A stretch of 64,000 nucleotides of DNA from Acanthaster planci. Lineage: Eukaryota. The stretch covers positions 912,381-976,380 of the forward strand of contig NW_019091359.1 of assembly GCF_001949145.1 (NCBI RefSeq), given 5' to 3'. Positions within the stretch are counted from its first letter, which is position 1. Every line of letters begins with the position of its first letter. A program made the position numbers and the translations under genes. Shown here piece by piece: positions 49,445 through 63,090 of this stretch. The notes below the pieces were generated by a model. It had not been told where the DNA came from. It did not search any database and was given only the letters and a program-made list of their open reading frames with translations.

Positions 49445-49921
49445 TCATAGGCCACCGTAGCCGTTGCATCTGTTAATCGTGGCCTGGACCGTACAGTTGT
49501 CGCAGTTGACCTCGCAGCACCAATGGAACCGGCAGCGGCAGTTCACCTGGTAGATCACCGTCTCTTCCACGTAGCCCCTCCCGCAGCACAGAATGTCACA
49601 GCCTCCGACCCCCATAGACGTGCTGTTGCAGCGCCGGCCCTCCGTGCCCAGCGAGCCCGTCTTGGGGTTGGGCTCGCAGAAGTCGGGCGAGTCCACGGAG
49701 TACAACAGGTCCAGCTCAGTAGGGGGCTTGACGGTAGAGTCCTCCGGGATGAGCGTCTCGCCGTCGTTGCCGCCGGTCACCTTGACCGACCCCTTGTATC
49801 GGTCCATCAGTCGGGTGCCGGCCTCACGGAAGGAGGGCATCTTCTCCCAGCACGTCTCGAGAGTGCAGGATCCAGACAGACCGTGACACTTGCACTCCCG
49901 CCGCATGAAACGCTTGATTGT
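49445..49921 (-). CDS. Wnt6: Wnt6 coding exon 4 (terminal)
   Basis: ttgcag acceptor; [19 protein letters not shown]...SPDFCEPN...CRCRFHWCCEVNC...CNGYGGL, then TGA. Confidence 0.95.
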   Translation of the reverse strand, partial: TIKRFMRRECKCHGLSGSCTLETCWEKMPSFREAGTRLMDRYKGSVKVTGGNDGETLIPEDSTVKPPTELDLLYSVDSPDFCEPNPKTGSLGTEGRRCNSTSMGVGGCDILCCGRGYVEETVIYQVNCRCRFHWCCEVNCDNCTVQATINRCNGYGGL

Positions 49922-52900
49922 CTGCAACATGGAAAATACGGAAAATAAGCTAATTAGGTCAATCCATCGCAACAGCTCCATTTTTCGTCTCTCGTGATGC
50001 TTGGTAAAGTGTATTCGTTTTCCCCGCATGATATTGGGTACAATTTCTGAGAGCAACAGAGTGACCTTGAAAGAACGACTGTGGCAAAAGCAGACTAAAA
50101 TATTCTTAGTTGAAAAAGTTATTAAGTTTTTCACCAAGTCACAGTTTCTTTCTTTTTTCAGTTTCATTATCTATTTCAATTAAGAAAATACCGATCACTA
50201 TTGTCACACGAAGAAAGATCATTCTATTTTGGCCACAGACGTCTGGCATCCTTGTAGACACTTGACCGCCAAAAAGGAGGGGGAAATCTTGTAACCTCTC
50301 TTGAAGGGGTTGATGTCCGATCAAGGGATGCATGCAAACTATATAAGCAGGCGCCAGGAATATACGGCAGAAGCCAAAACACATCGTAAATCAGGTCGTA
50401 TTTCTGTTATCAGGGAATGACCCTGCAGGTCCCCCGTGGACCAAAGCTCTTAAAGTAACCACGCAAAATGCATCTTTCTCAAAATTGAATAAACCACTTC
50501 AGTATGGTTGAAAATGAAAGTCGTGGGACAGTGATGGTTTGGAACGCAATTGGTAAGGAATTTATGAACCTTGTGGCCATAAAGTAACTGTCAATTTCAG
50601 TCTTGTCGATGCATTTTTGCCACCAATAATAATGAACGAAATTGGGTCACGTAACAAAGTATAATGCCGTTTCGCTACAGCTCATAAAAAATGTCGGATG
50701 ACTTTATTGAAGCAAACGTGGAAAGCTCAAGCTGATGAAGCGACCAGAATTGGACAACCATTGCCTGTAGTGATGCCACGCTTGCGCACCAGTAGATTAT
50801 TGTGACTAGCTAAAACGCATGCGCAAGTCATGTCAGCGCATGCGGCTCGCACCGCAAGCAACAACGGCGTTTCTTCCTCGTAGTCTAAAAGTTCTGTCCT
50901 AGAGCGCAGATCTCACGAAACGTTTCTGCAAGCAACTTTTCTTCATCAAAACGATCCTTGTAAATTACGACAAGAAAAATGGTGTGATAGATGTAATTTT
51001 TTTTAGCACCATGGCAATCATTTTTGGAAAGATCTGCCACTGGGTGACGAAATTTCACGCTTTTTGTCATAGTCTCGTTTATCAGTGCCAGCGCGTAAAT
51101 CAGAGCAGCGTAAACACGCTGAGTTATCCGAATGACTCATGCAAAATTTGTGGGGAAAAAAATTCCGATAGCAGCTACGGTAAGTTAAACCTTTAATTGA
51201 AATTGATTCAGAAGTTCAAGACATTCAACCCAGATGAATGGACAAGAGTTATAGATGCCCAGCTTTTCTGAAAACTCCTCCAGCTGTCTATTTTCTTCGC
51301 AATTCCTCAACGATGACGACTTGACAATTGGGCCTACCGCGATGGTCCGAGCTGTGCATGCGTGGCAATTGTCGACAGACAGTGGCCAGACGTTTCGTCT
51401 TGTAGTGCCGGGTTTATTTATGACAACTTCGCGAGAGGAGAGTCTAAACAAATCCGTCGCCCTGGAGCAGACTGTTGATGCGGGGTTGATGCGATGGCTT
51501 CGATCTTGTCAAAATCTCGACTGTAAATTACAGCCATTCAAATTGTTTTATAAGTGGCTGTCACGGCAAACCTTCCGGGCGACCACCGATTTTTTTTCTC
51601 CTCGCTGTCTGCACATCCGCACGCACGCTCGTCACGAAAACAATCAAAGCAAAAAATCAGAGCATCACCCTGAACGGAGATTTCCATTCGGACATCAAAT
51701 GTCTTCAAATTTAAGTTTTTATACCTCACTCATGCAGTTAACACGTTCGTCGACCTTGCGTCTACATGTAGGCTCGATAGTATATCGCAGTGTGCAAAAC
51801 TTCAACATAACAGTAATGAAATTTGTCCCGATGGTCGAGTGACGTATATTAATGAAATAAATACAGAAATACCGGGAACCATCTGCAATCAACTTCAGCT
51901 TCTGTCCTGTGTTTCTACGCCAGAATTTTGACGGGATAGGTATCTTTGTCAAAACTGACTCCGGGTGATATGAAACGCGATGAGCCCTATGAGGCTTATA
52001 CCTTTAACCAGTCATCCTACAAAAAAACTAAGGTATATAGAACTTGATGAAGTGTAAATAAACTGTTACCTCTGGGTTTATAGAAACCTTTGGATATTTT
52101 GCGTATATGGTAAAAGCTAGTCCTCGTATCAGCCTTTATGCCGTGAGCCTTCCGTGGTATAGCCACTATGGCGCTGTACGGTGTCGCACGACCGATGGTG
52201 TGCTGGGTACCAATGTTGAGGAGCTGTGGCACCAGTCTCTGTATAACGGACTCAGCTTATGGTAGCCTCTATATGGGGCACCATTTTATCGTGCGTGTTA
52301 TCCACACTTTACAGATATCGGGCGGCTTTCACGTGCGGCACTGCCCGGTTTGCTTTACCACTTGCTTATTATGACCTGACTGTCTTGGTGCCAAAGTGAA
52401 GGCGCAGCTATTGTTCGGTATTGTGACGATTCAACAGTATTAAGTAAGAGTACATTGAGCGGAGCCTAGGAAGCACCGTTGCCATTTCTGAATTATAGAT
52501 CTTTCCAATATCAAAACCAAAAGTCCATTTTTAAGTTATTATCTTTTGCAAATGTTCTTCATATTTGGCGTCTGTACCGGTATGTTGTTTCCATGAACGT
52601 AATTCTGTAGACAAAGGCCTTGGAATATAGACGGTGCTCTTGGGTCTGCACTCGCGTTCTTGATAATTGTTTTGTTCCCTGAGGAGTGCCAGTCAGAAAA
52701 CAAATATTTCTGTAAGTCGGACCACACCGAACTTCAAATCTCCACTGATCTGGTAATTTAATGTGGTATAGGTCGAAAGCCACAGATTGCATCAGTACCC
52801 AGGATGATTTGTGTCGACCAACCAAAATTGTTATTTATGATAAGCGAACACCCCAAAAATTCTCTGTATAAGACGAGTGGCAATCGTCAATGTTGAGTAC

Positions 52901-55900
52901 ATCGAACCCAATAAATTATTTCAGTAAATAATAACAAATGTTTCCAGATAGAGCACTTTACAACCGGATCAAGAGGGAGGTGTCTGTACTTTGATAACAG
53001 TGGAAATAAAAATCACTGCTTCTCAACTGAGAAGCGAGAGTTTGAACGTCAAAATGATCCTAACGACCAGCTTAAGACAGACTGAGAAAGGAAACCGTTT
53101 GCCGAGAAACGGAAGTACTTTTTGAAAAAAACCCAAAGTTTGGTCATTAACTCCAGTCTCTCAGAGAACACACAAACACATCATCCAAAGGCTCCGGCTG
53201 GGAGAACAGCCGCTTTAACGAGCATTCTGATCTTTCATACTCCATGCAAGTATAGGAACTCCACTCTCCAATCCTGATTTCATCTTTCTCGAGCCACCAG
53301 GACCAGCTCGTTTCCGTATTTGCGCAGCGCAACGAAAAGAAGCATCATGCTGCGCATGAGCGGTATACACACGTAGGAGTTACCTAGTAAGCCTATTCCG
53401 AGTTCAACTTGAATAAAATCTGGTACACCGAGTTCTTTAAATTCATGTGAACGTGACAATTTGAATTCTCCATACTAAAGCCACTGTTGCTATACCTCGT
53501 GATTCGGGGCAAGCTTTTGCTTAGTTACTTAAGAGACGCCTTGCACCAGTACAATGTTTCCAATGGATGACAAGGGCGCGCGCAAAGGAACCAGTCCATT
53601 CCAGAGATGGTGGTCGCTATGCAAAAGCTTGCCCGCATCACGAGGGATAGCAACAGTGTCTTTAATCTGGGGAATCAGATAACTCAATGTACCAGATTTT
53701 ATTCAAATTTAATTCGCAAAAGGTTTATAGATTACTGTTACCTCTTAAACGAACGAGGAAACGCAGACAAACGAAATTGCCAACTTATAAGAAGATTTAA
53801 CCACTACAAACGACCCGATCATGGCAACCATGACCTGTTTTGATTAAAGCGTGATTTTTTCCCTCAAGCATTTCAAAAGGAAGTAATCCAAGAGAGTTTT
53901 GTCTTGGTAACCGTTCTCAAAACAGAAACAGTCTACAATATAAAAGAGCGCCATAAGTTCCTGCGAGTTCACAGTGAAAGTACTTTATTGACCAATTTAC
54001 TCGAATTAATACTTCTGTTCACGATCCGAGCCGAGGAGATTTTGTTCTCCGTGCACAATGGCCGACTTGTTTTGAAACTGCTTCAGAATCGCGACAAAAA
54101 ATCGCGTTGTTGTCTGACGAGAGCACTTCTGGATGAGGATGTTATTTCGAAACCAACCTCAGACAAGATGAGCTCTTTACGATCCCAATAAAGATCAAGT
54201 GGTTAGGAATGTTAATCCGGAGTATCTTCTTAGTAAGACTAGAGAAACACAAAAAAACACATGCACCGATGCTCTTTTTTTTTTCTGCGCTGACAAAAAA
54301 CTCCTTGAGATTTTTTTGTGTCCTGGAGTGCCCGAACTGTGTCCAAACAAACAGTGCGGGTTGCGAAGAGATAAACATGTGTAACGAAAGGGCAGGATGA
54401 TTCCGGCTTATTGTCAATAAGAGGGAAGGTTGCAAGCAGGCTTTGAACAAGTTGAACAAGGATAAGACCAGTGCACTATCACCTGAGCACGTGGACTGTG
54501 TCTCTTGAAGATGCCTTACTAAACAGATTGAATCGTGTGGGTGGCATTTTTGCTACTTGGGACTTAGCCTCACTCAACCAGTGTGTTTAAAATGTCCAGG
54601 AGGGCCCAAAAAGTCTTGGCCTTTTAAAAAAAAAAAAGAATTTATCGTTCAAGACAGGGGGACTGATTTCAAATTTGGGGGGCTAAGATCTCCTGCCAGG
54701 TACAAAAAGTGCTTAATTTAATGAAAGTGTAGGATCCACTTACCTGAAATCGGAATTCGAGAATATAAATAAATGGTTTTAACAGGCAGCTTCACAGAGA
54801 TAGCTTGAAAGATCTAACCATCTTTCCAAAATGCGCAAGCCTAGCTCCCAGAATACAACGCGTTAAACAGCATGACGTCGAGATAACTCAATGCTAACAT
54901 TAATGAGTTAAATTCAGACAAGTCCGAACGGGTGGTAACTGTGTACCCAGGGGGGTCCCGAGAATGGCAAAGGTACAATAAGACTGATGATGGCAGATGC
55001 ATATTAATTATTATCCGTAAGACTATTATGCTCACCAGTCTCCCGGCTTCGTTGTTGTGCAGCGTGATCAGCGTTTTCACGTCGCTCCGTCTCCTGATCT
55101 GGGTGTCCATGAACTCCTTGGACTTGGTGTAGCCGAACTCGATGTTGTCGCCACACCCACCCCACTCCCAGGTCCCGTCTGGGCCGGGACCCTCGCTAGT
55201 CTTGGTGCTCTCGGCGCAGCCACACTGGAGAAGGTCGCCAAGGCTGCAGGCTTGGGTCACTGTGAAGGCCACACCCGACGCCGTGATAGCGTTGGCAAAG
55301 GCGGTCTCCGGGGTGTCTAAATCAACAAATTTCATTTAAACTGGTGACTTTTTGAAGAATAACGAATTATAAAAAATAAAAACCTCTTCAATGAAGCTTT
55401 AGTGCGATTCCAATAAAAGTTTATCATTGTAGAAATATCTTGATTTTAAAAATGAGTTTCCTCCTTGAAATTCTTAATTTTTTGTCCTGCGCATTGCACC
55501 TTCTTTTCTCTTGAGAAACATCAAAATTTCCGACATCAAACCTTGTTTCCAGTTTGAAGCTCCAAATGAGCGACATCGAAACAAAGCCATTCTGTAAACC
55601 GGCTTTGGATTTTTTTTACCATAGCGCCCTCTACCGATTTGTTTTCTATTTTGTTGTTTTTCAGCGCCTGCCAGGTAATGTGCTTGGCAGGTCTTTAATA
55701 CGCGTTTCATACCGGTGTAACGATCTCATTTATCCGGCATGCTCGGATCTCCGGGCTTTAACCGAACACTGTCGAGTGACCCCAACTAACATCCGAACGT
55801 ATGCGCAGTTAAGTCCCGTTTTGTTCACTTTTATGGGTGTGCTGAGTTCCTAACAACGTCGACTACGTACACGAGCTGCGTGCGCGTCGGAATTAAGGTC

Positions 55901-58900
55901 GGTTAAGGCATGCTGGAACAGGGCAGCCCTTAGGTAAATCTTTGTTTTATTTCATTGCCCTCAAAGTATGTAAAAACGCCCCTCAATCTGCGAAAAAGCC
56001 AGCAAGACTACACGAAGAAATCGGCAACCCCCCATGAAAAATGGCACCTACCGAACACGATTCTGATTTAGCAGGAAACCTTTGACCAAAACAGAGAAGG
56101 TAATCCTAAACGTTTCTCAAATGTTACCAGTAACAAGACAAGCAGAGAAAAATGAGAGCAGTTAAAGAATAGTGTACAATTCCATCCAAAGGGGGGGAGT
56201 GGCAATATGGCAACCCCCCATTTTATCCCACATGCCAATGCCCCTCCCCCTACATAAAGCCTACACCACACAAAGGTCCCCGAAATGTACAGCAATGTGT
56301 GGGTAAATGTTACTTCTTGACGAAATCGTCACCTCTTTATGTCAATCCCCAAAATTCACAGTTTAGACCATTCATAAACGTCATTTTTTATTACAGATTT
56401 ATATATTGACGAAATAAGTTCGCATGTGAAAAAAATCACATGTTGACATTTTAATAGTTTGGGGATTATGTCGAAATTTGGAGTGCCCTGCAGGGAGAAC
56501 TCCGTGGGGCAAAAACAGCGTAGAAACAGGGGGAATGTTTGGGTGCAGGTCCAACCGGAGGGCCCCTTGCGTTCCGACACCGGCAACGGTAATGACCCGT
56601 CGCAGAGCGAAATAACATCGGGAGGGGAAGTCGTTTCTCCCCCAGCGACAAGACTGTGTGTCATCGGCCAAGCCAGGCGTCGAAAGACAAGGAACACAAA
56701 GACATTGCCTGCCACGAACAATTTCATTGCAGCCGAAATATGCACTGGGAATTTTTTCTTTTGATTGAGGATGCATATCATTGCGGGCTTGGTGGTCCGT
56801 CAAACCGTCTCACTTCACCGTATGGGTTTTTAAAGGGGGGAGGGGTTGACTGTGAGGGCTGTACTTGTCGGCTGGGATATTGGGGCTATTAAAGAATGAA
56901 ATGCATTGTGAAATGATGGGAAATAGCAAAGCACAGTCACCAAGAACTGGCTGCTGGTTCCAAGTACAACTAACCTACATCAAGGATGCAGACCGTTCTG
57001 GTATTTCATTTTCTTCCCGGGAAACCTTTGAGCAAAAACATGGGCCACGATGTTTTAAAACGTTGGTCCAGGAATAAACTGCACTCTGCTCAAAATTCAA
57101 CTTCTTTTATTTCAACTAAGCGAGTTCACAGATCATTGGTTTAATCTTTTCTATTGGGTGACGATATTGAGCATCAAAGAAGGCACACTGTGTGGACATT
57201 TAAATGAAAGGTAAAACTGAAGCTCCTGAATTACCTCAATCCCAGAGCTCATAAAAGATAGTACATGTATATAACATTCTGTTTTAAGCTCCTACTTCCA
57301 AATTCAGTGAATCAACGACGCTGTATATCCGAGGTTGCAGAAGCATCATGCATGCACGAGCCTCCAGTGTTAAACCTGGCTTCCCAAAATTTCATAACGT
57401 GCATTATTATCAGCCGATCGTGGAATAAATAAATAAATATTGGACGTTTTTATGGCCGCCAGCAATGGGCCGTTTGGTTCGCGCTCTCCCCGGCACCAGA
57501 CTGATGACACACCGCTCAGCTTTCTGGGTCAGGACGCGGCGAGAGGCCCGTGTGACCGACAACAGTGAGCGCAGCGTGAAGGGGTCTGTACATGTAGATA
57601 CAGTAACAACATCTTTTTTTTTGGTTCTGCCTCGGGGGATGAGAAAGCACCAGCGCCGGTGAACTTCAAATGAACTACACGAACAAAAGCTCATGTCTGG
57701 TCCTCTGCAACAGAGCAATGCCCTTTCAGGAAGGACATCAGGTGGACTCAAATTGTGTTTTGTTCCGGGCCAAAAGGCTGCGCACCCCTGCGCAATGCGA
57801 AACAAGGGTAGCCATGATTCACATCGACCGGTGATAATGGGCCTATTGCCGGTACGGACTGCTCGCAGCACACGATGTTGTTGCGCCTGCATGAGGATCA
57901 CAGCAAGGGAGAATGCTCGTAACTGACATACTTCTTCACCAGAAGGGACCCCGAATGTAATATTATCTCGACTGGTCTACGAATCCAACGATAGATTTTG
58001 ACGTATTTCCTCTTCGTGACTACTCCTTGTCCAGATCTAACTGTGGACAATTTTAAACTCGAATTTCCTTATCACGAACGTTAAAAAAGGCCGGGGTTTA
58101 AAAACCTGATACATGTAACAAGTTTAGCACATATCAGTCCTGCCAGCTCCAAAACTAGACTAGGCAATATTTCCGTGTCTGTCGGCATGAACTACCCAAC
58201 CAATCAAATTTCATTGCCGATAATTTGTATCATCCGCCGCCAACAGCATTGTTCTTTGACGGTAGAGCTCTGTAAGCGTTACTCGCTGTCTGATGTACTA
58301 GTTTCCGTTTTCATAAAGGTCAGGGTAACGTAATAACAAGATCAACGACTTCGCAGCCTCCAAAATAGTTAGAGGAGGATAGGGCAGATCTGTGTGAATT
58401 CTTTGTTTGGCAGCTGCTTTCTTTCAATTTCTTTTCTCGAGTATACCAACGGACAAAATCCACTGCAGTTGGCTTTAAACAATTTTGTAGCAGTGCGATT
58501 TAGAGCAGGCCAATTGTCTGATTCTTTTGAAACCGGCTAGAATAAAACCTGCATTCGAAAGATTGTGAGATAGCGTTTTAATGGAGATTTTCAAGGCACT
58601 GAGAGTCTTGTTCAAAAAAGAGGATAATATATCAGACGAGACTTAAGTGGCTTCCTGACTAGAAATCAATGACATATCTCGAAACCCCCCCCCTTACAGA
58701 CCAGCGAGTAATTTTCCCATCGACGCCCTTCCAATGTTTTCAGAGATGGGGGAAAAAGTCGTCATCAGAACAGCGCCCTCACGTGACAGCAAATAGGAAA
58801 CTAAAGAAAAAATACAGTTGTTTTCATTTCGAGTCAAAACAGGGCGTTTGGTTAGATCACATTCACGAAGGACGTTTTGACACATGTTACTGGTTTAATG

Positions 58901-61900
58901 GGATGTTGGAATATTGACATTTATTTCCATGGATCTATCAAAGCAAGTGTTCCAAAAATGAAGGCATTTTCAATTGATTGGATATCGGGGTTCTACACAC
59001 AGTACAGTGCATAAAGCCTGTTGCCATCCACGAGGGACGCGGAGTTGGCACGGATGCGAGCCCTATAATTGCCAACAGATGATTTGGCGCGCGAATTCTC
59101 TCGCCCCGCGTCTTATGTTGGCGGGTCGTTAAGAGGGTGCTGATATTGCAGGTATGCTAAGGTCAATCACCTATTTCATCATAATCGGACAGCAAATACC
59201 AGTGAAATAATTTATCAACTTTCAGAGGTAAACAGACTGGTGGCAGAAGTCATAAAAAGCACATCGACCATAAAACCGCCAACTTGAGATACGCTCGCTG
59301 CATTCCGAGATGCCTGTGACTTGAATAATGCTACCCAATGGTTCCATTATTAAACACCCTTTCTTTGTGTCAAACAGCGTTCCAACAAAGTAGATCGTAG
59401 AGTTTGCCTGTTTACGAATTACCGAAATTTCTCGATGAAATTTGCATCATTGTGTGATTGTATTGATCTCACAACGAGATTCTATTACATGTATTTGGTT
59501 GATACTGCAAGCAAGGGCAAGATCGTGTCATCGTGGTCCCTTACGATGAATTCCGTCACAGCCAAGGGTGCCAAAATAATGACCAGCGCGCAAGCAGAAG
59601 TAATCCAGAAGCACAGTCCATTAATAACTGTGAACTACTCTCGAGTAATTCTAACAGCCAACACTGCAAGCAAGTGTTCTCGATACGGTGGCACACATTT
59701 ACAAATAAACTAAATAAGATTTTAAAATGGGGGGGGCAGCGTTTTGCTTGATATTCCTCTTTTGCACAAAGAATATTGTATGACGAGATTCGAGAGAGTG
59801 TGTGAGGAGTCAAGGATTCCGAGAGAAATACTGACGGGAGAAGGGGAGTGTGGTGAAATCAATGATGGCTGTGTGGAGATGGTACCGAAAATGACCACGC
59901 GCTGACTTTGTGTCAGTGAAAAGGAAAACGACGACAATGACGACATGACATAATGACTTAAATGACTCTGATCACGACATGACGTGATGATGGCAAGTAC
60001 AACGACAATTACAACAATGAAGGTGACTTTAAACTTTGTTAATAATAAAAGCAGAAAAAAATATGCTTGGTCTAAATTTTCTGCTCACTATAAGTATAAC
60101 GGCAAAACGGGTAAAACGAGGCTTAAAACCAGCTCAAAAAGATCCCCGTCCCAAAAGTTTGCCACACTTGGCAAAAAGGTTTCCACGCGAACTGCCTTAC
60201 GAGACATCAAGGCCACACTTCAAGGTTGCAATGTCTCCACGACAGGGGCAATGTGCGACCGCCTCTCATCACAGGAAGACAAGATACCTAGCTGATAAGG
60301 CCGGAGGTATTCCCAAACCATAGCAAACCGAGAGGCTTCATCATCTCTGCGTCATATGCAAATGCATGGAAGGACCTTGACAACGCAGCATGAAACAAGC
60401 CCTTGCTATTCAAAATCCATTGCATTTTGTAATTTACATCCACGAGAACATCATTATTTCTTCGATGATTTTGTATGCGCTCAGTGGTAAGGTAGTCTAG
60501 CCATTTCGCCAAGTAACGTCTGAAGTGACGAAGTGGGGGTTTCGTCGAAAATTGGAGTCGTTAAAGTATGTCGGCCCTGAAGATATACCTTTTTTCAGGC
60601 CTCAAAGGAAATGTAATACAATTTGTTCCTTTCAGGTCGAGGGAAGTGAAATGTTCAGGAAGTTCTCTTACTCATTTTGTTTTGCCAGATAACATTTCCT
60701 CTAAGGTGGCCTCTAAAATTTACGACCAAGTCTCAACGGACGTAAATTCCAGGCGACGGGAAGGATACATTATCATACCCTCCCCAAGGTGCCTTGGGAA
60801 TGGGACGTTAGAACCATCCATAGTTTTTCTACGTCCTCCACAAGACGAAGTAGAAATACATGTAATAGGAATGAAAAGTGGACTTAACAAGTTCCAAGGC
60901 CACTCTAAAAGACGAAAATTGCTAATCTAATCCGCCGGTTTATAGGAGAGTTGATGGCAATATGACAGTGTACATGTTCCTATCCAGTACACAGTGGTGT
61001 CCAACTCCCCACGTCTGATACCAACTGTTCATGATCCCTTTAAATCTGGATGTGTGATTACTTCATGACCAAGGCGACAAAAACAAGGTTGTGCTCAGCT
61101 TCATTTTGTAAACCGCACAAATAGCTTTGGACCTACGCGTACTGCGTATTATACGGCGACGATTAGACATGCGTGTTTGACTGAGAGGAAACAAACAATC
61201 CGGCACTGCAGTCTGCACTGCAGGTCACTCCGATACTGGGTCATCGGAATTCTGACCAAAAACAGTCCTTCACAAACTACAAACAGCCCCAAGTCAACAA
61301 CTTGCGGTGCCCGTCGTGTAGACCTAAAGCGTCTCTCTGGGCTGTACCTCATCGGCCGGTCGCGGCAGCCACTTAACGGCATCCGCAGCAGCCGCCCACT
61401 TCGCCTTGAACTCCAACGGACACCGAAAGGTCGTGCCGAAAATTACAAAAATTCCGGCGTAATTTTTCCGAAATTAGGAAACGGTGCGGGTCAGGCCGGT
61501 CGGCATCGGCTGCTGGCTCGGTGCAGGACTTGGCTGTCGGGCAAATGTGCAACTGTTGCCGAGTTGAAGGACGTTGGCACGACAAATAATGCAATAATGA
61601 AACGACGCGGGCCCAGGAAGCTGGAATTGGCGTTCCTCCATCTCAGTACAATCACTACCGTATTTATGGTAAATGGTGCGTTTACTCGTAAAAAGATAAG
61701 CGTGCAGTTAATTTAGTTGGCGTAAAGAAGTCAATTTAAGGCATAAGGCTGCCACTGTCAAACTACAGACAGCCAAAGTGTTTCCGATACTACACACACC
61801 ACGCATATTTCTAATTCCTGTTTTATTCTTTTCATCCCAAGACCTAATCGATGCTCTTTAAACCGTGGCTGGATGGCAATCGGGAACGGAATCGATGCCA

Positions 61901-63090
61901 GAATTCAAATCGATTCGAACCAACAGCACAAAAAAACGAAGCACTGCACTGTTACCAATTGTCAATTTGCATCAACCCGGAGATGAATTTCCATCTCAGC
62001 CATCGCATAAAAGGAGTTCTGTTTTTCCTTTAATTTTTAACCATAAAATTTATTGCACATTTCCGTTTCGCCGATTGAGCTTTCAACTTAGCAAATCTGA
62101 TCGTCTGAATGTCACAATAGCAACACACGCACTCACATTCTTTGCTTTAATTTGACGTGATAGTACCAAGGGGTCAAAATAAGAATATTTTTCAAGAAAC
62201 CTTTCATTGCCAGTTGTTATAGGCTACATTTAGAGACTTTTTACACGTTTTCTGAAGAAAGAGAAATGAAATACACAAAATCAAATCGCCAACTTTTAAT
62301 TATCTTGCCTTTTTGGGGTGGGTGGGAGTGGCCCCGGTTACCCTCCCCCATTCCGCCATTGAGTAGCACTGAGGAACTCGCCTTGACCTAATTTATAAAA
62401 CCTAGGTGATCTAAACAAGATCGATTCATAATTCGTACATAAAAAGCCATTGAAGTCCAGTGAAAAGGATTCAGATACTTTGCATACCATTTTAGCAATT
62501 TTGTTAGAATGCCATCACATCAATTACGAATCCGTAAATATGCATAGGGTATTAGCAATAACATCTTCAACAATCTATATTACTGACACTCCATCATTGC
62601 CAAGGTATCTCTTTTTTCCTACCATCTTTTCATTCCGTCAGTAATGAATGAGCTTGAACTTCTGAGGGGCCGTCACAAGAAAGAAAAGTTTTCGCACTGT
62701 ATTCTCAAATTAAATAAATAAATAAAAACAAAACATCTATCAACCCAGAAGAAAAGTTGTTTCAAGTTTCCCACAGTCTCTTGCTAATGGCGAAAAGATA
62801 TTCCAGCCACCTACAGCAGAAAGAGTAGCTCGTAGCGTTTATGGCACATTACGTACTTACCCTGTTTGAGAATCTTGACAAAAGAGTTTCCCAGCATGGT
62901 GCAGTTCCAAAGATGGTACCTCAGCTGGTACTGACACTCCTTCATCGCCAGCCTCGTCCCCTTCACCACCTCGTCCACAATCTCGGGCTCCCGTCGGCAT
63001 ATGTCATGCTGTTTGTTGCCGCTGCCCCGGAGCTTGCGGGAGCGTCGGCAGATGCTGTTGGGGTCGAGGTTGAGGGGACTGCCGACGGCC
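49445..63090 (-). CDS. Wnt6: Wnt6 ligand, 5'-partial: complement(join(49445..49921,55036..55316,62861..63090)); signal-peptide exon 1 not found in window
   Basis: Three exons splice in frame at GT-AG sites (phases 2,1,0). The N-terminal (W)AVGSPLNLDPNSICRRSRKL...CRREPEIV matches the Wnt6-diagnostic WWAVGSPL.MDP.SICR; also QACSLGDLLQCGC, CKCHGLSGSC and CRCRFHWCC. Confidence 0.94.
55036..55316 (-). CDS. Wnt6: Wnt6 coding exon 3
   Basis: atttag acceptor; DTPETAFANAITASG...WEWGGCGDNI...LHNNEAGRL; CTG|gtgagc donor. Confidence 0.93.
62861..63090 (-). CDS. Wnt6: Wnt6 coding exon 2
   Basis: Minus-strand ttgcag acceptor; AVGSPLNLDPNSICRRSRKLRGSGNKQHDICRREPEIVDEVVKGTRLAMKECQYQLRYHLWNCTMLGNSFVKILKQ; G|gtaagt donor. 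Absent from the ORF track. Confidence 0.93.

Noticed and set aside
49922..50167. N-terminal extensions of ORF-track Wnt ORFs (49445-50167, 40157-40792, 54841-55335)
   Set aside because: Intron read-through; clear splice sites bound the Wnt-homologous parts.
51255..51842. 195-aa ORF antisense within a Wnt6 intron (also 22159-22680, 57410-57901, 61177-61716)
   Set aside because: No motifs and no supporting exon structure.
60500..60565. Hammerhead-ribozyme-like CTGAAGT-GACGAA..TTCGTC-GAAA
   Set aside because: The core has U at the conserved A9 position, and stems I and III cannot be closed convincingly around a UH cleavage site.
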